Source of the DNA: an uncultured Planctomycetota bacterium
GTDB taxonomy: Bacteria > Planctomycetota > Phycisphaerae > Sedimentisphaerales > UBA12454
Direction of reading: 5' to 3'
NCBI GenBank assembly: GCA_903847315.1
Contig: CAINDG010000040.1
Span: 80,813 to 112,812 of the forward strand
Length of the DNA: 32,000 nucleotides
Below, piece by piece: positions 28,036 to 32,000 of this stretch (position 1 is its first letter; every line of letters begins with the position of its first letter). The translations under genes and the position numbers were made by a program. Below the pieces are notes generated by a model that saw only the letters and a program-made list of their open reading frames with translations, was not told the origin of the DNA and did no database searches.

Positions 28036-28851
28036 ATGACTAAGATACATCCGACGGCAGTAATTGATTCAAGCGCCAAACTTGGCAAAGATGTTGTTGT
28101 TGGGCCGAATTGTTTTATCGACTCAGGGGCACAAATAGGCGCCGGCTGCATCTTTGACGTCAATGTTGTGATTGGCAAAAATGTCAAAATCGGCGAAAAA
28201 AATATTTTTTATCCGGGCTGTGTTATCGGAAGAAACCCGCAAATGCTCGGTGCGACGCCGGACATCCCTTTTGGTGCGCTTGAAATCGGCAATGAAAATC
28301 TCATACGAGAATATGTAACGATACATCCGAGCATTTTTACGGACGCCGCTACAAAAATCGGAAGTAATAATATGATTATGGTAGGCTCGCACATCGGCCA
28401 CGACTGTATAGTCGAAGATAAGACTGTTATCAGCAACAATACCCAGATAAGCGGCCACTGCAAAATCGAGACCGGCGTCTGGCTTAGCGGCACCGTTCAG
28501 ATTCATCAGTTCGTAACAGTGGGCAAATGGGCTTATGCCACCGCGCTGGCAGGACTCAATCACGATGTTCCTCCTTTTGTTACCGTTAGCGGCCATTACC
28601 CGCCCGAAGTCAGATTGATAAACGAAAGAGGAATGATTCGGGCAGGGCTTAATGAAGAACAACAAAAGGCTGTAGAAGAAGCGTTTAAGTTTTTATACAA
28701 GAGCAAAAAGCCGCTTCTGGAAAACGCAAAAGCCCTTGCCGCAAAAGGCGGGCTCGATGAAAATGTGCAGGCAATGGTCGATTCTCTTTTGAGAAGCAGC
28801 GAGCACCGTTTTGGCAGATACCTCGAAACGCTTAGAAGAAAAGGACATTGA
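28036..28851 (+). CDS. lpxA: Acyl-ACP--UDP-N-acetylglucosamine O-acyltransferase
   Basis: MTKIHPTAVIDSSAKLGKDVVVGPNCFI hexapeptide N-terminus, GSHIGHDCIVED (catalytic His region) and a helical C-terminal domain. Confidence 0.92.
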   Translation: MTKIHPTAVIDSSAKLGKDVVVGPNCFIDSGAQIGAGCIFDVNVVIGKNVKIGEKNIFYPGCVIGRNPQMLGATPDIPFGALEIGNENLIREYVTIHPSIFTDAATKIGSNNMIMVGSHIGHDCIVEDKTVISNNTQISGHCKIETGVWLSGTVQIHQFVTVGKWAYATALAGLNHDVPPFVTVSGHYPPEVRLINERGMIRAGLNEEQQKAVEEAFKFLYKSKKPLLENAKALAAKGGLDENVQAMVDSLLRSSEHRFGRYLETLRRKGH

Positions 28852-28862
28852 CGGGTATTTCA

Positions 28863-29867
28863 ATGAATAAAATCAGAACGGCGGTAATTGGGGCCGGCAA
28901 GATGGGGCAAATCCACGCAAAGGTACTTAGCAAATTGCCTCAAAGCTCTCTTGTCGGCATAGTCGATGTTCAGGCGGATAAGGCAAAGAAACTTGCCAAA
29001 GAATTTAAATGCACAGCCTATACAGACGTAAAAGAACTTTTAGGCAAAGTCGATGCTGTAACAATTTCGGCTCCGACAAAAAGTCATCTTGAGCTCGCGG
29101 AATTTTTCATCAGCAATAATATTCCAATACTAATTGAAAAGCCTCTTGCCGCAAGCGCAGAGCAGGGCGAAAAAATAGTATCGCTTTCCAAAAAATACAA
29201 TACGGTTGTGGCAGTAGGTCATTCGGAAAGATGTAATCCCGTTGTGCAGGCGATGAAAAGGCTGAAAATCGAACCTAAATTTATCGAAGCGACCAGGATA
29301 AGCCCGTATTCTTTCCGTTCGACCGATATCGGCGTTGTTCTTGATGTGATGATTCACGATATTGATATAATTCTTGCCCTTGCTCAAAGCCCGGTAAAAA
29401 ATGTCGATGCCTTCGGCGTAAATGTGATTGGAGATACCGAAGATATTTGCAACGCGAGGATATTTTTTGAAAACGGCTGTGTCGCAAATGTTACTGCGTC
29501 AAGACTTGCCCTTAAGACGGTAAGAAAAATTCGTGTTTTCAGCCGCCAGGCGTATCTGAGCCTTGATTTTCTTAAAAAAGAAGGCGTTGTAATCAATGCC
29601 GACCCGAATTCCGACGCGGTCAAGTGGATTAAACAAAAACAGGATGAAGGTAATTTTGATTTCAGCAGTGTAAACTGGGCCGACCTGCTGCATATAGAAA
29701 ATCTCAGTATAGACGATAAAGAGCCGCTGCGTCTCGAACAGGAATCGTTTCTCAATGCCGTTGCCGACAGGTCGAAACGGCCGGAAGTAACGGCCGACGA
29801 GGGACTTGCCGCTCTAAAATGCGCCGAGGCGATTTTAAAATCCGTTAAAGAGCACAAGTGGGACTGA
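28863..29867 (+). CDS. Gfo/Idh/MocA family NAD(P)-dependent oxidoreductase (GnnA-like candidate)
   Basis: IRTAVIGAGKMGQIHAKVL Rossmann N-terminus and ILIEKPLA (EKP motif). Immediately downstream of lpxA. ATG 28863 is preferred over TTG 28848. Confidence 0.8.
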   Translation: MNKIRTAVIGAGKMGQIHAKVLSKLPQSSLVGIVDVQADKAKKLAKEFKCTAYTDVKELLGKVDAVTISAPTKSHLELAEFFISNNIPILIEKPLAASAEQGEKIVSLSKKYNTVVAVGHSERCNPVVQAMKRLKIEPKFIEATRISPYSFRSTDIGVVLDVMIHDIDIILALAQSPVKNVDAFGVNVIGDTEDICNARIFFENGCVANVTASRLALKTVRKIRVFSRQAYLSLDFLKKEGVVINADPNSDAVKWIKQKQDEGNFDFSSVNWADLLHIENLSIDDKEPLRLEQESFLNAVADRSKRPEVTADEGLAALKCAEAILKSVKEHKWD

Positions 29868-30569
29868 TTAAAAACATTTGTCTTTAAGTTTTGTTACAAT
29901 TTGATGGGCAAGCCGGCTCGGTTCAGGCAATCGATATTTATCACAGCAATCAAGTACAATTCTTTCAGCATCACAAAGTCTGCATTTGAAACCCACTGAA
30001 ACAAAAACCGGCTTTACATTATTTCGTGTTCTGACAACTGAACCAATAATTTCATTCCTATCTTTCAGCGGACTTGTTGAGCCTTTCGCAGCGGCGGGAT
30101 TTACAAAATCGCCGATAAGTCTGCTCTTTGCACAACCGATTGTGGGGATATCGAGAAAAAGTCCCAGATGACAGGCAAGCCCCAATCTTCGCGGATGAGC
30201 AATGCCCTGACCATCGACAATTATGCAGTCCGGAATTGTTTTAAGTTTTTCAGCCGCCGCAAGACAAACAGGCGCCTCGCGAAACGACAAAAGCCCCGGA
30301 ATGTAAGGAAAAGTTACCGGCTGCATAGAATATACAGTTTCAAGAATCTCAAAAGTCTCAGCCGACAAAACGACTATGCAGGCGACAATATTTTTTTTAT
30401 CCTTACAATGTCCTGAGCCTGTCGAAGGAGTAAATCCGCAGTCAATCCCCGCAATAGTCTTTATTTTTTTGTCGAATTTGCATTGGCAAACCAGCCCTGC
30501 AAGAGATTTCTGAACCTCAACCGCCTTTTTAATACTGATATTCCAGTTATGTAACTTCTTTGTCTTCAT
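29868..30569 (-). CDS. nfi: Endonuclease V
   Basis: [52 protein letters not shown] and [11 protein letters not shown] match EndoV motifs. I prefer the Met at 30569 (233 aa) over the ORF-track start at 30671. Its stop abuts the stop of the convergent oxidoreductase gene. Confidence 0.88.
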   Translation of the reverse strand: MKTKKLHNWNISIKKAVEVQKSLAGLVCQCKFDKKIKTIAGIDCGFTPSTGSGHCKDKKNIVACIVVLSAETFEILETVYSMQPVTFPYIPGLLSFREAPVCLAAAEKLKTIPDCIIVDGQGIAHPRRLGLACHLGLFLDIPTIGCAKSRLIGDFVNPAAAKGSTSPLKDRNEIIGSVVRTRNNVKPVFVSVGFKCRLCDAERIVLDCCDKYRLPEPSRLAHQIVTKLKDKCF

Positions 30570-30713
30570 AGGGTTACTGTTTTTAACCAATAAATAGTAT
30601 TTTACTTCTTGAACGGTTTTGGTACAATAGCCAAATTGGTTTATTGCCTTTTCTCTCAAGGCAGATACCAATAGCGGTCAAAAGGGAAAATGATGCAGAA
30701 ATCGATAAAAATA

Positions 30714-32000
30714 GTTGGTGCCTGTCAGCACAATCTGAAAAACATAAGCGTAGAAATTCCGCGAGATAAATTTGTCGTTATTACCGGCATCAGCGGATCG
30801 GGGAAAAGCTCGCTTGCGTTCGATACGATTTATGCCGAAGGTCAGCGCAAATATGTCGAATCGTTAAGCGCGTATGCAAGGCAGTTTCTCGAGCAGATGC
30901 AAAAGCCCGATGTTGAGTACATCGAGGGACTGCCGCCGACAATCGCCATTGAGCAGCGAAGCGCAGCGAGCAATCCGCGTTCGACCGTTGCCACGACAAC
31001 CGAGATTTATGATTATTGCAGGCTTCTTTTCGCAAGGGCAGGTACGCCTCACTGCTGGATTTGCGGCAAAGAAATTTCAAGCCAGCATTCCACGCAAATT
31101 GTTGACAGCATAATGTCGCTGCCGATGGAAACAAGGGTGCAGATTTGCGCACCGCTTATCCGTGGTCAAAAAGGCGAACATCGGGAAGTATTTATGAGGA
31201 TTCAAAGCGAAGGCTTTGTGCGAGTTCGTGTCAATGGAACAGTTTACGATATAAAAAATGTTCCGAAGCTGGACAAAAATAAAAAACACGATATTGCCGC
31301 TGTCATTGACAGGCTTATTATAAAAGATACGGTGCGAATCCGTCTTGCCGATTCCATTGAAGCTGCCCTCAAACTCGGCGAAGGTCTGGTTTTTGTAATG
31401 GTTCAGGAACTAAGTCAGGGCAGGCAAAATGGCGGAGATGGCCAATGGCGAGATTTAGTATTCAGCGAAAAATTTGCCTGCAACGAACACCCTGAAGCGT
31501 CACTCCAGGAGCTTTCGCCAAGGCTTTTCAGCTTTAACAGCCCTTACGGCGCCTGCAACAGTTGCGACGGCCTCGGCACAATACTCGAATTTGACGAAGA
31601 CCTGATTGTGCCCGACAGAAATCGTTCCCTCGAAAACGGCGCGATTGATGCCTGGCGCAAGGGCGGCAAAAGAATGAATATATTTTACAGCAGGATGATT
31701 CTGCGGTTTTGCAGGGATTTCAACATAAGCAAGTCGGTGCCTTTTGCAAAAATATCTTCCGACATAAGAAAAATTCTTATGCACGGCACTTCGCAGGAAG
31801 AGGAACAAAAGTTCGGCGTTTATTTCGAAGGAGTTATGCCGAATCTTGAAAAGAGATGGAAGAATACTTCCAGCGAATACGTAAAAGCAAGGCTGCACAG
31901 TTTCCTTTCGGAACAGGCCTGCAGAACCTGCGACGGCGCAAGACTTCGCAAAGAGGCTGTCGCCGTTATCGTGGGAGACAAAAATATAAATCAACTCACC
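30714..32000 (+). CDS. uvrA: Excinuclease ABC subunit A (3' end outside the window; apparent 1-nt frameshift at the extreme 5' end)
   Basis: Not in the supplied ORF track because there is no stop in the window. My own translation in the frame of 30720 gives [60 protein letters not shown]...[23 protein letters not shown]. The conserved N-terminus [11 protein letters not shown] is encoded from ATG 30689 in a different frame. Confidence 0.93.

Noticed and set aside
1-32000. Search for CRISPR arrays, IS elements or integrases, prophage genes, toxin-antitoxin pairs and known defence-system signatures
   Set aside because: I saw no regularly spaced direct repeats, and no transposase, recombinase, nuclease-helicase or NTPase ORFs without a housekeeping explanation. 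Every ORF longer than about 150 aa is accounted for by glycan, translation/replication, envelope or repair functions.

Overview
This is a densely coding 32-kb window from a diderm (Gram-negative-type) bacterium. The taxon cannot be assigned from the sequence alone. It falls into three blocks.

(i) 1-15.5 kb is a surface-glycan locus. It holds the 3' end of an MsbA-like ABC exporter, a GT2, and a minus-strand, translationally coupled rfbA-rfbC-rfbD-rfbB dTDP-L-rhamnose operon. A visibly more AT-rich segment follows. It carries a WbaP/WcaJ-type initiating phosphoglycosyltransferase, a GT-C (ArnT/PMT-like) membrane protein, a Wzm/Wzt ABC exporter, a SAM methyltransferase, a double-GT2 protein, a minus-strand GT4, a degraded duplicate of the GT-C gene 3' end, and a Wzx-like flippase.

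(ii) tRNA-Gln(UUG) is followed by housekeeping genes: a short glmU, prs, rplY/ctc, pth, then rpsF-ssb-rpsR-rplI-dnaB.

(iii) An outer-membrane/lipid A block runs bamA-skp-lpxD-lpxC/fabZ-lpxA plus a Gfo/Idh/MocA oxidoreductase. A convergent nfi and the 5' part of uvrA, which runs off the window end and is absent from the ORF track, complete the window.

I found no CRISPR array, transposase, integrase, toxin-antitoxin pair or recognisable defence gene, and I see no convincing evidence of a wholly new multi-gene system. The observations most worth follow-up are:
- a ~150-bp direct repeat (a remnant of the GT-C gene) bracketing the wzm-wzt-MT-GT-GT module;
- the mosaic glycan locus with two export routes and no Wzy/WaaL/Wzz;
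- a GlmU that lacks the C-terminal acetyltransferase region;
- a 1-nt frameshift at codon ~11 of uvrA;
- a GC-rich, structure-prone intergenic segment upstream of tRNA-Gln.
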